DNA from: Hyphomicrobiales bacterium | Lineage (GTDB): Bacteria; Pseudomonadota; Alphaproteobacteria; Rhizobiales; Aestuariivirgaceae | DNA length: 64,000 nt | Direction of reading: 5' to 3' | Assembly: GCA_025363755.1 (NCBI GenBank) | Contig: JANYLQ010000050.1 | Coordinates: 70,351-134,350, forward strand | In this document: positions 10,322 to 19,118 of the stretch, one piece after another | Layout: the number at the start of each line of letters is the position of its first letter | Numbering within the stretch: the stretch's first letter is position 1 | The notes under the pieces: model-generated | Told to the model about the DNA's origin: nothing | Database searches by the model: none | The model's input: only the letters and a program-made list of their open reading frames with translations | Made by a program: the position numbers and the translations under genes

Positions 10322-11115
10322 CCTCACTCCCTACGCCATCCGCCAAAAAACTCGGCCTCGTCATCGACCTCGATACCTGCGTTGGCTGCCAAGCTTGCGC
10401 CACTTCTTGCAAAGAGTGGAACGCGCAAGGTGACTCCGGCCCGCTGACTGACACTGACCCGCAAGGCAAAGATGTGACTGGCCCGTGGTTCAATCGCATT
10501 CACGGCTATGAAGTGAAAGAGCAGTGGCGTGATGACTCGCGCATCGTCAACTTCCCGCGCTCATGTCTCCACTGCGAAGAGCCCGCCTGCGTTACAGTCT
10601 GCCCAACGGGCGCATCCTACAAACGCGCCGAAGATGGCATTGTGCTGATCAACCCTGACACCTGCATTGGCTGCAAGCTCTGCTCATGGGCCTGCCCCTA
10701 TGGCGCGCGCGAATATGATTACACCCAAGGTGTGATGAAAAAATGCACGCTCTGTGTCGACCGCATTTACAACACCAACTTGGAACCCGAAGACCAAGTG
10801 CCCGCTTGTGTTAAAGCCTGCCCAACAGGTGCGCGTCACTTCGGTGATTTGGGCGATGTGAATTCTGATGTGTCGCTGCTGGTCAAAGAGCGCGGCGGTT
10901 ATGATCTGCTGCCAGAGATGGGCTATAAGCCCACAAATAAATATCTTCCACCCCGAGCCAGACGCAACACCGAGCAAGCTCACATTGAAAAACTTCCAAA
11001 ATCTGATGGTTCGACAATGGAAAAGCTTTTTCTTTGGGCCGATAAATTACTCAGCAACAAAAGCGCATCCGCCGCAGCTAATCCAGATGATAATTCAGGA
11101 AAGTTAGAGGGATGA
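10318..11115 (+). CDS. soeB: 4Fe-4S ferredoxin-type subunit (SoeB-like)
   Basis: ATGA overlap with the upstream gene. Several CxxCxxCxxxCP clusters (CVGCQACATSC, CLHCEEPACVTVCP, CIGCKLCSWACP, CTLC...CVKACP). No Tat signal. Confidence 0.6.
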   Translation: MTSLPTPSAKKLGLVIDLDTCVGCQACATSCKEWNAQGDSGPLTDTDPQGKDVTGPWFNRIHGYEVKEQWRDDSRIVNFPRSCLHCEEPACVTVCPTGASYKRAEDGIVLINPDTCIGCKLCSWACPYGAREYDYTQGVMKKCTLCVDRIYNTNLEPEDQVPACVKACPTGARHFGDLGDVNSDVSLLVKERGGYDLLPEMGYKPTNKYLPPRARRNTEQAHIEKLPKSDGSTMEKLFLWADKLLSNKSASAAANPDDNSGKLEG

Positions 11116-12035
11116 ACCCCGCCTATTCCGTCATCCTGTTTACCACTGCATCCGGCGCTGGTTATGGCTTGCTGTCTTTATTGGCGCTAGCGGGCGCAAG
11201 TCATGGCCGCGCGTCCACGCAGGCTTTTGCGTTCACCTCACTGTTCATCGCACTGGCGCTCATCACCACAGGCCTCCTCTCTTCAACTATGCATTTGGGT
11301 CGCCCCGAACGCGCATGGCGGGCATTATCGCAATGGCGCTCATCGTGGCTCTCGCGCGAAGGGGTGTCCGCCATCATCACTTATCCCATCGCAATTGCAT
11401 TCGGCGCATGCTGGTCTGGACTGATTGATGCGCCAGCTCTCGTAGCACCGTTAGGCTACGCCACAGCCATCATGTGTTGGATAACCGTCTTCTGCACAGG
11501 CAAAATCTATTCATCGCTTAAAACTATTCGCGCTTGGAACAATCCACTCGTCTGCCCAATCTACATCGCCTTCGCGCTGGCCACAGGTGCAGTGCTCACT
11601 GCCGCAATCGCAAACGCCTTTGGCCGCTTCGTTATCTTTCAAGCCATCCTTGCAATGATAGCCATCGTCGCGTGCAGCATTTTGAAATTCATTTATTGGC
11701 GCAAAATCGACAATGCCAAGCGCACGCACACAATGGCTGCTGCAACTGGCCTTGGCGAAGGTGTCAGCCAATGGGAAGTGCCGCACACATCGATGAATTT
11801 CATTATGAAAGAAATGGGCTATGTGGTTGGCCGCCGCCATGCACGAAAATTGCGCCTCGTCGTACTGTTCTTTCTGAACTTGAGTTTTCTGCTGATGTAC
11901 CTTGCCACCAACTGGCAATGGCTCACCTATCTGGCAGTCCCCGCAATCGCCATAGCCGCTTGGGTCGAGCGCTGGTTATTCTTTGCAGAAGCCGAACATG
12001 TGGTAGGCCTATACTATGGAAAACAATTTGCCTGA
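11112..12035 (+). CDS. soeC: DmsC/NrfD-like membrane anchor subunit (SoeC-like)
   Basis: ATGA overlap with the FeS subunit. 307 aa polytopic membrane protein with about 8 TM segments. Confidence 0.55.
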   Translation: MNPAYSVILFTTASGAGYGLLSLLALAGASHGRASTQAFAFTSLFIALALITTGLLSSTMHLGRPERAWRALSQWRSSWLSREGVSAIITYPIAIAFGACWSGLIDAPALVAPLGYATAIMCWITVFCTGKIYSSLKTIRAWNNPLVCPIYIAFALATGAVLTAAIANAFGRFVIFQAILAMIAIVACSILKFIYWRKIDNAKRTHTMAAATGLGEGVSQWEVPHTSMNFIMKEMGYVVGRRHARKLRLVVLFFLNLSFLLMYLATNWQWLTYLAVPAIAIAAWVERWLFFAEAEHVVGLYYGKQFA

Positions 12036-12855
12036 AGTTTTGGCCGAGGGGTTGCGTTGGTTTGACGATTGGTTCGCGCTGGAAGATATCGCATTTGGTG
12101 TCACAGCCATCGGCGAACCGCGCTATCACTATCGCAATTGGAATTACCTCATCGAAGGCAAAGACTCAGCGCTGCTGTTTGACACTGGCCCCGGCCTTCG
12201 CGATATTGCGCTGGTGGTCGCTAGCCTTACAAAAAAGCCACTCATTGTGGTGCCGTCTCATCTTCACTTTGATCATGTTGGCAACCTTCATAAATTCTCC
12301 AGTATTGCGATGGCAGATTTGCCCTTGCTGCGTGCCCTCGACCAAAACGGGGTGATCCAAGAAAATGCTGACCTGTTTTTGGGTGACTGGGAAAACCTGA
12401 AATGGCCGCACTTTAGCGTGTCGCGCTGGCTTGCCATCGGGTCGAAGATCGATCTGGGCGGCAGAACGCTTGAGGTGCTGCATACACCGGGCCATTCACC
12501 AGACTCGGTCACATTGTATTTAAAGCCGGATAACATCCTACTAGTGGCCGACTTTATTTACCCAGGGGCGCTCTATGCCCAAGTGCCGGGCAGCAATTTG
12601 GCTGACTATCTGACCAGCGCTGAAGCTTTGCTGGCACATTGCCCAATGTTTTGCCGCCTGTTTGGTGCCCATGGGGCTGACCCAGCACCTCAGGGCCAGA
12701 GGGCCCCAGAAATGAAAGTGGCCGACGTTGTGGATTTGCAGCGGGCCCTTACAAGACTTAAAAAGGAGGGCGGCCAACCTGAAAACACTGTGATAAACGA
12801 CCGGGTGTCGCTTCTGGCCAGTAAGGCCGCATTTGCCCCTTGGCAATCGTCTTGA
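12016..12855 (+). CDS. MBL-fold metallo-hydrolase
   Basis: HLHFDH (HxHxDH) and HTPGHSPDS motifs. Overlaps the end of the anchor-subunit gene by 20 nt. Confidence 0.8.
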   Translation: MENNLPEVLAEGLRWFDDWFALEDIAFGVTAIGEPRYHYRNWNYLIEGKDSALLFDTGPGLRDIALVVASLTKKPLIVVPSHLHFDHVGNLHKFSSIAMADLPLLRALDQNGVIQENADLFLGDWENLKWPHFSVSRWLAIGSKIDLGGRTLEVLHTPGHSPDSVTLYLKPDNILLVADFIYPGALYAQVPGSNLADYLTSAEALLAHCPMFCRLFGAHGADPAPQGQRAPEMKVADVVDLQRALTRLKKEGGQPENTVINDRVSLLASKAAFAPWQSS

Positions 12856-12860
12856 AAATC

Positions 12861-12880
12861 ATATAAAGAGTTCTTTATAT
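12861..12880. promoter_or_regulatory. 20-bp AT-rich palindrome (candidate operator) upstream of the Hcy-methyltransferase gene
   Basis: atataaaga-gt-tctttatat has perfect 9-bp arms and a 2-nt centre, too short a loop for a hairpin. It lies 20 nt before ATG 12901. Confidence 0.4.
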
Positions 12881-12900
12881 AGATGAATTGAGGTTCCACG

Positions 12901-13917
12901 ATGCAAAAGCAAACTTTCACCCAAGCCCTGAACAGCCGCCCTTGGATGCTGGCCGATGGGGCCACTGGCACCAATTATTTTCAGATGGGCCTGATGTCGG
13001 GTGATGCGCCAGAAATGTGGAATGTGGAACACGCTGACCGGGTGCGCAAACTGCACCGCCAATTCATTGAAGCCGGCGCAGACATTGTGCTCACCAACAC
13101 CTTCGGCGGCAATCGCCATCGTTTGAAGCTGCATGATGGCCAAGACCGCGTGCGCGAGCTCAATATGGCAGCTGTGAAAAACGCCCGCGCCGAAGCAGAT
13201 GCTTTCACCAGCCGCCAAATTTTCGTAGCAGGCTCCATCGGCCCAACGGGCGAAATCTATATGCCGGTGGGAACTTTCCCCTATGAGGAAGGCGTATCGG
13301 CATTTGCCGAACAAGCCGCCGCCTTAAAAGAAGCAGGCGCTGACGTGTTGTGGATTGAAACCATGTCGGGCGAAGAAGAACTCCGCGCTGCTGTGGAGGG
13401 TGCCGCCACTGCTGGCCTTCCTATCGTCACCACCATGAGCTTTGACACCAATGGCCGCACCATGATGGGAATCACGCCAACAGCATTTGGCGCATTGGCC
13501 TCAACGCTCGGAACCCAGCCAGTAGCAATCGGTGCAAATTGCGGTGTTGGCGCTTCGGAATTGATCGCAACCGTCATGGGCATCACCGCCGCACGTCCCG
13601 ATGCGCATGTTGTGGCCAAAGGCAATTGCGGCGTACCACAATACCGCGATGGCCACATTCATTACACAGGAACGCCAGAACTGATGGCCGACTATGCCCG
13701 CATCGCGCTTGATGCAGGTGCACGGATCATCGGCGGCTGCTGCGGCACCAGCCCAGAGCATCTGGCCTCCATGCGCCAAGCGCTTGAGGGTCATACCAAA
13801 GGCGCGCGGCCAACTGTTGAATTAGTCGAAGCAAAACTCGGCGCAGTCTCAGCCCTTGCCAAAGGCATCGATCAAGCCGCTGACGGTGCCGCACGCAGAG
13901 AACGCCGCCGGAGCTAA
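12901..13917 (+). CDS. homocysteine S-methyltransferase-domain protein (Hcy-binding module of a split MetH)
   Basis: 338 aa. ADGATGTN N-terminal motif, Zn-ligand cysteines in IGANCGVG and IIGGCCGTSPEHL. No pterin, B12 or activation domains attached. Confidence 0.8.
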   Translation: MQKQTFTQALNSRPWMLADGATGTNYFQMGLMSGDAPEMWNVEHADRVRKLHRQFIEAGADIVLTNTFGGNRHRLKLHDGQDRVRELNMAAVKNARAEADAFTSRQIFVAGSIGPTGEIYMPVGTFPYEEGVSAFAEQAAALKEAGADVLWIETMSGEEELRAAVEGAATAGLPIVTTMSFDTNGRTMMGITPTAFGALASTLGTQPVAIGANCGVGASELIATVMGITAARPDAHVVAKGNCGVPQYRDGHIHYTGTPELMADYARIALDAGARIIGGCCGTSPEHLASMRQALEGHTKGARPTVELVEAKLGAVSALAKGIDQAADGAARRERRRS

Positions 13918-13923
13918 GTCACG

Positions 13924-14340
13924 ATGAGCCAGCCTGTCTCAAATCTAAAAGCCATGCTGGCCTCCATGTCGCCAAAATTAAACGATAGCCGCGTAGCTTA
14001 CCTATCATCGAAGGACGTTCAAGCCGTCTTTGCCAAACTGCCGCCCGACGCCATCATCGGAGCTTTCCGTGAAGAAGAAGCGACGACGTTCATCGTGGAA
14101 CTCACCGCTGCCGAAAATTCCGGCCTCGAAATTCTATTTCGCGGCGCATGGATCACTTTGACCGTGCACTCTGCGCTAACTGGCGTAGGCCTCACTGCGG
14201 CCTTCGCAAAAGCTCTTGGCGATGAAGGCATATCCGCTAATGTCGTGGCCGCCTATTATCACGATCATATTTTTGTGAGCGTGGAAGATGCGGAGAGGGC
14301 GATGGCGGCTTTGCAAAAATTGCAGCAAGAAAATCATTAG
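13924..14340 (+). CDS. small ACT-domain protein (ACT_7/DUF2241-like)
   Basis: 138 aa. LKAMLASMSPKLNDSRVAYLS resembles the ACT_7 family N-terminus from memory. Starts 6 nt after the Hcy-methyltransferase stop. Confidence 0.5.
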   Translation: MSQPVSNLKAMLASMSPKLNDSRVAYLSSKDVQAVFAKLPPDAIIGAFREEEATTFIVELTAAENSGLEILFRGAWITLTVHSALTGVGLTAAFAKALGDEGISANVVAAYYHDHIFVSVEDAERAMAALQKLQQENH

Positions 14341-14358
14341 TTTGAGCGAGACATAAAA

Positions 14359-14901
14359 TTGGACGTAATCATCACCCAACTAATCAATAATCTCATCGGC
14401 CAAAACAATGTTGCCGATCAAGTTTTTATTCTGATCACAAAATTTGGTGTGCCATTGATGGTGTTGGCCGTCTTTGTTCAATGGTGGGGAAAGCGCCCGC
14501 GTGAGGAATTACGCCAGACCACAATTATCGCTGGGCTAACATTCTTGTTCGGCCTTCTAATTGCACAAGTCATATTGCTTTTTATCCACCGCATCAGACC
14601 ATACGACGCTGGAGTAAGTCATTTGATCATCGACAAAACCATCGACTGGTCATTCCCATCCGATCACGCCATTGCATCGCTATCGATTGCCTTTGCATTC
14701 TTGCTCACTGGCTATCGCAAACATGCACTGGTATTCTTCTGCGCTGGTGCACTCGTATGCTTCTCACGCATTTTTGTGGGCATGCACTATGCGAGCGATA
14801 TTCTTGGCGGAGCAGGGGTGGCTCTTGTGACAGCCTATCTCGTGAACACGTTCTATCCGCGCGGATCAAAATTAGATTTGTGGTTGGTGAGTTGGTTTTG
14901 A
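14359..14901 (+). CDS. PAP2-family phosphatase (undecaprenyl-diphosphatase-like)
   Basis: TTG start. Acid-phosphatase motifs IHRIRPY, PSDH and SRIFVGMHYASD. Multi-TM. Confidence 0.8.
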   Translation: MDVIITQLINNLIGQNNVADQVFILITKFGVPLMVLAVFVQWWGKRPREELRQTTIIAGLTFLFGLLIAQVILLFIHRIRPYDAGVSHLIIDKTIDWSFPSDHAIASLSIAFAFLLTGYRKHALVFFCAGALVCFSRIFVGMHYASDILGGAGVALVTAYLVNTFYPRGSKLDLWLVSWF

Positions 14902-14906
14902 TATTC

Positions 14907-16034
14907 TCACATCACCTTATCAATCACCGTCCGCAACCGCTCAACCGTGCCCTCAACATCCTTCAACTTATCCAACCCAAATAGCCCAAGCCTAAATGTT
15001 TTAAACTCCGGCCCTTCGCCAACTTGCAATGGCACGCCCGCTGCGATCTGCATGCCTAGTGCGACAAACTTTTTGCCGTTTTGAATTTCTGAATCATCAG
15101 TATAGGAAACCACAACACCAGGTGCGCCGAAACCTTCTGCGGCGAGTGATTGAACGCCTTTGGCACTGAGTAAAGCGCGCACGGCTTTACCCAACGCCCA
15201 TTGCGACTCTTTCAATTTTTCAAATCCCAAGCTTTGCGTTTCCTTCATGGCATCGCGAAAGCCAACTAGTGCATCGGTCGGCATTGTGGCGTGATAGGCA
15301 AATCCACCGCCCTCATAAGCGGCCATCATGGTGCGCCATTTTTTAAGGTCAATGGCAAAGCTGTTGGATGTGGTCTCAGCCAGTTTTGTCTCCGCAAGTT
15401 TCGACATCATCACCAACCCTGTGGAAGGCGAAGCTGACCAACCTTTTTGCGGAGCGGAAATTAAAACATCTACACCCGTTGCTTTCATATCGACCCAGAT
15501 CGCACCTGACGCGATGCAATCCAAAACCATTAACGCACCCACATCATGCGCAGCTGCGGCCATCGCCTTCAGATAGCTGTCAGGTAAAATAATGCCGGAC
15601 GATGTTTCCACATGTGGTGCAAACACGACATCGGGTTTTTCTTCGTGAATTTTTTTTACCACTTCTTCAATCGGCGGTGGCGCATAGGGCGAGCGAATTT
15701 GATTTGCATTTTGCCGCGCCATGATCACCGCGGTCTTGGCAGCAAAACCGCCCGCATCAAAAATCTGCGTCCAGCGAAATGAGAACCAACCGTTGCGAAC
15801 AATCAACGCATGTTTGCCATTGGCAAATTGCCGGGCCACAGCTTCCATCGCATAAGTGCCACCACCGGGAACCAGCGCCACCGCGTCAGCGCTATAAACC
15901 TCCTTGAGGAGAGTGGAAATATCGCGCATCACACCCTGGAACTTGGCCGACATGTGATTAAGCGAGCGATCAGTGAACACCACTGAAAACTCTTGCAAGC
16001 CATCTGGGTCTACATCAGGAAGAAGTCCGGGCAT
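14907..16034 (-). CDS. class V PLP-dependent aminotransferase (AGXT / AEP-transaminase-like)
   Basis: 375 aa. SAPQKGW lysine motif and overall class V layout. Substrate not assignable. Confidence 0.75.
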   Translation of the reverse strand: MPGLLPDVDPDGLQEFSVVFTDRSLNHMSAKFQGVMRDISTLLKEVYSADAVALVPGGGTYAMEAVARQFANGKHALIVRNGWFSFRWTQIFDAGGFAAKTAVIMARQNANQIRSPYAPPPIEEVVKKIHEEKPDVVFAPHVETSSGIILPDSYLKAMAAAAHDVGALMVLDCIASGAIWVDMKATGVDVLISAPQKGWSASPSTGLVMMSKLAETKLAETTSNSFAIDLKKWRTMMAAYEGGGFAYHATMPTDALVGFRDAMKETQSLGFEKLKESQWALGKAVRALLSAKGVQSLAAEGFGAPGVVVSYTDDSEIQNGKKFVALGMQIAAGVPLQVGEGPEFKTFRLGLFGLDKLKDVEGTVERLRTVIDKVM

Positions 16035-16100
16035 TGGTGTCTCCGTAAAATAATGAGACTATGCCCAAGTTAACTTTACCGTCAATGCTCTTTAGTCGAT

Positions 16101-16275
16101 CCACTCCCCTTGCGGGAGTGGACAGTCATCCTCGGCTCGTACCGAGGATGACAGGTGTGGGGGCTGGTTCAGCGAGTCAAATTGTCAGCAGCAAGACTAG
16201 CTGTATCAGCCCCCGCTTCCGTCTTGCGATGAAGTCATCGCAATCCACTTTCTCCGGCAAGGGGAGAAGGTTGGC
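16101..16275. repeat. mosaic of five REP-like hairpins
   Basis: Five stems: ccactccc/gggagtgg, gtcatcctcgg/ccgaggatgac (11 bp), gggggctg...cagccccc, ttgcgatg/catcgcaa, ttctcc/ggagaa followed by ttgg. Units recur at 19.1, 23.9, 24.2, 27.1 and 29.5 kb. Confidence 0.6.
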
Positions 16276-16285
16276 AAAAATTCTC

Positions 16286-17203
16286 CTACTCCTCAAAATG
16301 CTTCTGCATCTGTTCAAGTAACCAGGCCAAGGCGGGATCATTGCTGGCCGATGATAATGTCACAGCCGAAACCTGAAAGGGCGGAATCTTGAGCGGCGTG
16401 GGCCAAATTTCTAAGCCCAAACGCTTGGCATAACGCTCCGCCGATTTTTGCGGCACCGATGCAATAGCATCTGAAATCTGCACACTAGCCAATGAGGCGA
16501 GAAACTGCGGGACGGCTGCAACAACACGCCGCTTCTTACCCATCGCCTCTAATGCCACATCAATTGGCCCAGTTAAATCGCCAGAGCCTGAGACCATGAT
16601 ATGATCGAGGCTCGCAAAACTGTCGATTGTCAGCGGCCATTTGAAAGCAGGATGGCCACGCCTTGCAACGAGCACAAAGTGATCTTGCGTGAGTGGTGTC
16701 AATGTTAGCTTGTCTTCAAGACCAGAAAATACCCCAATACTCATATCCAGTTGATTGCGCCCAACGGCTTCAAGTGATTCAACACGACCCAAAGTCACAA
16801 AAGACAAACGCACTCCGGGCGCCAGCTGTGTGATGGCACGAATGAGGCCGGGGCCAATGATCACAATCGCGTAATCAAGGGCCGCAATTTTGAACGTGCG
16901 TTCAATTGTTGCCGGATTAAAGGGCGCAACGTTGAGGGAGCTGCGCAAGGCTTGAAGCGCTGCTGAAATATTGGGTTGCAGTTCGATAGCCCGCCTTGTG
17001 GGTGTGACACCATCATGCTGGCGGGTGAAAAGCTGGTCTTCAAATATATCACGCAGCCGCGTTAGAGCGTGGCTAATGGCCGATGGCGTTAAACCCAGCC
17101 GTGTGGCCGCATCACCAAGCTTTCGCGTTTCCATGGCGGTTTGAAACACCAAAAGCAAAGTGGCATCTAATCTTCTAAGTTGAGTATCGTTCAAGTTAGT
17201 CAT
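16286..17203 (-). CDS. LysR family transcriptional regulator
   Basis: 305 aa, N-terminal HTH (LGDAATRLGLTPSAISHALTRLRD). Divergent from the NmrA-like gene. Confidence 0.9.
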   Translation of the reverse strand: MTNLNDTQLRRLDATLLLVFQTAMETRKLGDAATRLGLTPSAISHALTRLRDIFEDQLFTRQHDGVTPTRRAIELQPNISAALQALRSSLNVAPFNPATIERTFKIAALDYAIVIIGPGLIRAITQLAPGVRLSFVTLGRVESLEAVGRNQLDMSIGVFSGLEDKLTLTPLTQDHFVLVARRGHPAFKWPLTIDSFASLDHIMVSGSGDLTGPIDVALEAMGKKRRVVAAVPQFLASLASVQISDAIASVPQKSAERYAKRLGLEIWPTPLKIPPFQVSAVTLSSASNDPALAWLLEQMQKHFEE

Positions 17204-17274
17204 GATGCTTATTCAATAGCATAGAATATTGCTGGAGCCTATATTTTGTTCATCAACAAGTAAGGAGAAAACAA

Positions 17275-18111
17275 ATGACCATCCTCGTATTAAATGCCAA
17301 CGGCAAAGTTGGCGCGGAAGTAGCCGATCAATTAATCGCCAAGGGCGAGAAAGTGCGCATCGGAGCGCGCAATGTCGCCAAGGCGAAGGCTTCTTATCCA
17401 AAGGCCGAAGTTGTGGCTGTGGATTTTGGCAAGCCGGAAACACTCAAAGCCGCTGTGAACGGTGTGAGCGCTATATTCACCGCAACACCTTATGAGCTTC
17501 TGCCTCAGCCAGAAATTGATTTGGTGGCCGCAGCAAAAGCAGTAGGGGTGAAACATATCGTGAAGATTTCAACTCAGGGTGCCGATGAAGATTCAACTTC
17601 GCCTCACGGTGCAGTTGAAAAATCCATCCACGATTCGGGTTTGACCTACACAATTTTGCGCCCCAATTTCTTCATGCAAAATTATGCTGTGCAACAAGCA
17701 GGCAGCATCAAGCATCAAGGCGCATTTTATGAACCAGCCGATGAAGGCAAATCATCTTTCATCGATACGCGTGACATTGCTGCCATTGCCGTGAAAGCGC
17801 TCACTGAGAAAGGCCACGAAGGTAAAAGCTATTTGCTGACAGGTGGCGAAGCTTTGAACCGCAATGAAGTGGCCACTGCAATTAGTGCTGCGATTGGCAG
17901 GCCCGTGAAGTTTGTGAATGTTGACGATGCGGGTTTACGCAAAGCCATGGCCGACGCACCGCCAAAGCTAACGGAGTTGATGAGCGTTCTGATGGGCTAT
18001 GTGCGCGCGAACTATACTGGCGCGATAAGCCCTGATGTTGAAAAGCTGCTCGGCCACAAGCCAACAACATTTGCTCAATTTGCAAAGGATCATGCTTCGG
18101 CTTGGAAATAG
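17275..18111 (+). CDS. NmrA-like NAD(P)-binding protein
   Basis: 278 aa. MTILVLNANGKVGAEV Rossmann N-terminus, NmrA/atypical-SDR length. Confidence 0.8.
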   Translation: MTILVLNANGKVGAEVADQLIAKGEKVRIGARNVAKAKASYPKAEVVAVDFGKPETLKAAVNGVSAIFTATPYELLPQPEIDLVAAAKAVGVKHIVKISTQGADEDSTSPHGAVEKSIHDSGLTYTILRPNFFMQNYAVQQAGSIKHQGAFYEPADEGKSSFIDTRDIAAIAVKALTEKGHEGKSYLLTGGEALNRNEVATAISAAIGRPVKFVNVDDAGLRKAMADAPPKLTELMSVLMGYVRANYTGAISPDVEKLLGHKPTTFAQFAKDHASAWK

Positions 18112-18121
18112 TTTAGCAGGT

Positions 18122-18143
18122 GGAGGCGTTGAAAGACGCCTCC
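18122..18143. terminator. stem-loop between convergent genes
   Basis: ggaggcgt-tgaaag-acgcctcc, a perfect 8-bp stem with no clear U-run. Confidence 0.4.
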
Positions 18144-18144
18144 G

Positions 18145-19080
18145 TCAATCCCACTCAAACTTCCCAACCACCACGGGCTTGGCCAGCATGAATGCGTCGC
18201 ATTCTAATTGCAAAGGCGAGTAATCAGTTTCAGATTTCTTGGCTTTCAGCAGTTTCGCAAATTTCTTGTAGATCATTTGGTATTCTTCCATCGGTGCTTC
18301 CATGATCAGTTTGCCGTTCACATGCAAAACCGTTCCGCCTTTGCTCAACTTCATTTTCATGCCATCAGCGGTCGCCAATTTGATGTCCCAAATCTGTTCG
18401 CCGCGCTGCCGCCAATCGAAGGACGCGCTCATATCAACGGGTTTGCCGTCGCCGCGTTTGAACTTAATGTCGGCACCAATTGGTGTACTCCAATTTTCTG
18501 GCACTTCAATACGCGATGACTCGACATAGATCGGATCGGGCAAAATTTTGGTGACCACCGAAAGCGCATTAATCCCGGGGTCGAACACACCAAAGCCACC
18601 GGGCTCGGCGATCCAATTTTGGCCGGGGTGCCATTTGTTTACGTCTTCTTTCCAAGTGATGCGCATGAAATTAACGTGTTTGCCTTTGAGGCGTTTCTTG
18701 GCTTCATCAACGGATCGATTATAGCGCGAATGCCATGTGGCATAGAGCACGCGCTTTTTCTTTTTCGTATAGTCAATCATCGAAACCATTTCGCCTATCG
18801 TCGGCGTGGGTGGTTTTTCGATCAAAACATTATATCCCGCATCCAATGCTTCCCTTGCCATTGCCAAGCGCACGGATGGAGGCGTGCAGAGGGCCACAGC
18901 ATCAATTTTTATTTTTGATTTGATCAGTGCACTGAGTGAATCAAAGCACGGCACATAGTCCAATGTTGCATGGCGGCTGACGCCGGCGACCAGTTGGAAG
19001 TTTTTATTTTTGGCGATGCAGGGCAAGTGTTGATCGATGGCGATCTTGCCAATGCCGACGACGGCGATTTTAAAGGGCAT
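18145..19080 (-). CDS. Gfo/Idh/MocA family oxidoreductase
   Basis: 311 aa. MPFKIAVVGIGKIA Rossmann start and the EKP motif (VLIEKPP). Confidence 0.85.
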   Translation of the reverse strand: MPFKIAVVGIGKIAIDQHLPCIAKNKNFQLVAGVSRHATLDYVPCFDSLSALIKSKIKIDAVALCTPPSVRLAMAREALDAGYNVLIEKPPTPTIGEMVSMIDYTKKKKRVLYATWHSRYNRSVDEAKKRLKGKHVNFMRITWKEDVNKWHPGQNWIAEPGGFGVFDPGINALSVVTKILPDPIYVESSRIEVPENWSTPIGADIKFKRGDGKPVDMSASFDWRQRGEQIWDIKLATADGMKMKLSKGGTVLHVNGKLIMEAPMEEYQMIYKKFAKLLKAKKSETDYSPLQLECDAFMLAKPVVVGKFEWD

Positions 19081-19118
19081 AGCTGGCGCTCCAGATTTTA
19101 TTTATAATATACACCGCC

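Noticed and set aside
11534-12355. 273-aa ORF in an alternative frame across soeC and the MBL gene. Similar long shadow ORFs occur at 19406..20083, 26358..26855, 36290..36862 and 9281..9868.
   Set aside because: They overlap well-supported genes on the same or opposite strand. Their translations are Arg/Cys/His/Ser-rich nonsense without motifs. They look like typical frame-shadow ORFs of moderately GC-rich DNA.
16061-16321. 86-aa ORF spanning the hairpin mosaic.
   Set aside because: It is composed entirely of translated REP units (…PLAGVDSHPRLVPRMTGVG…) and has no RBS. It is an artefact of repeats.
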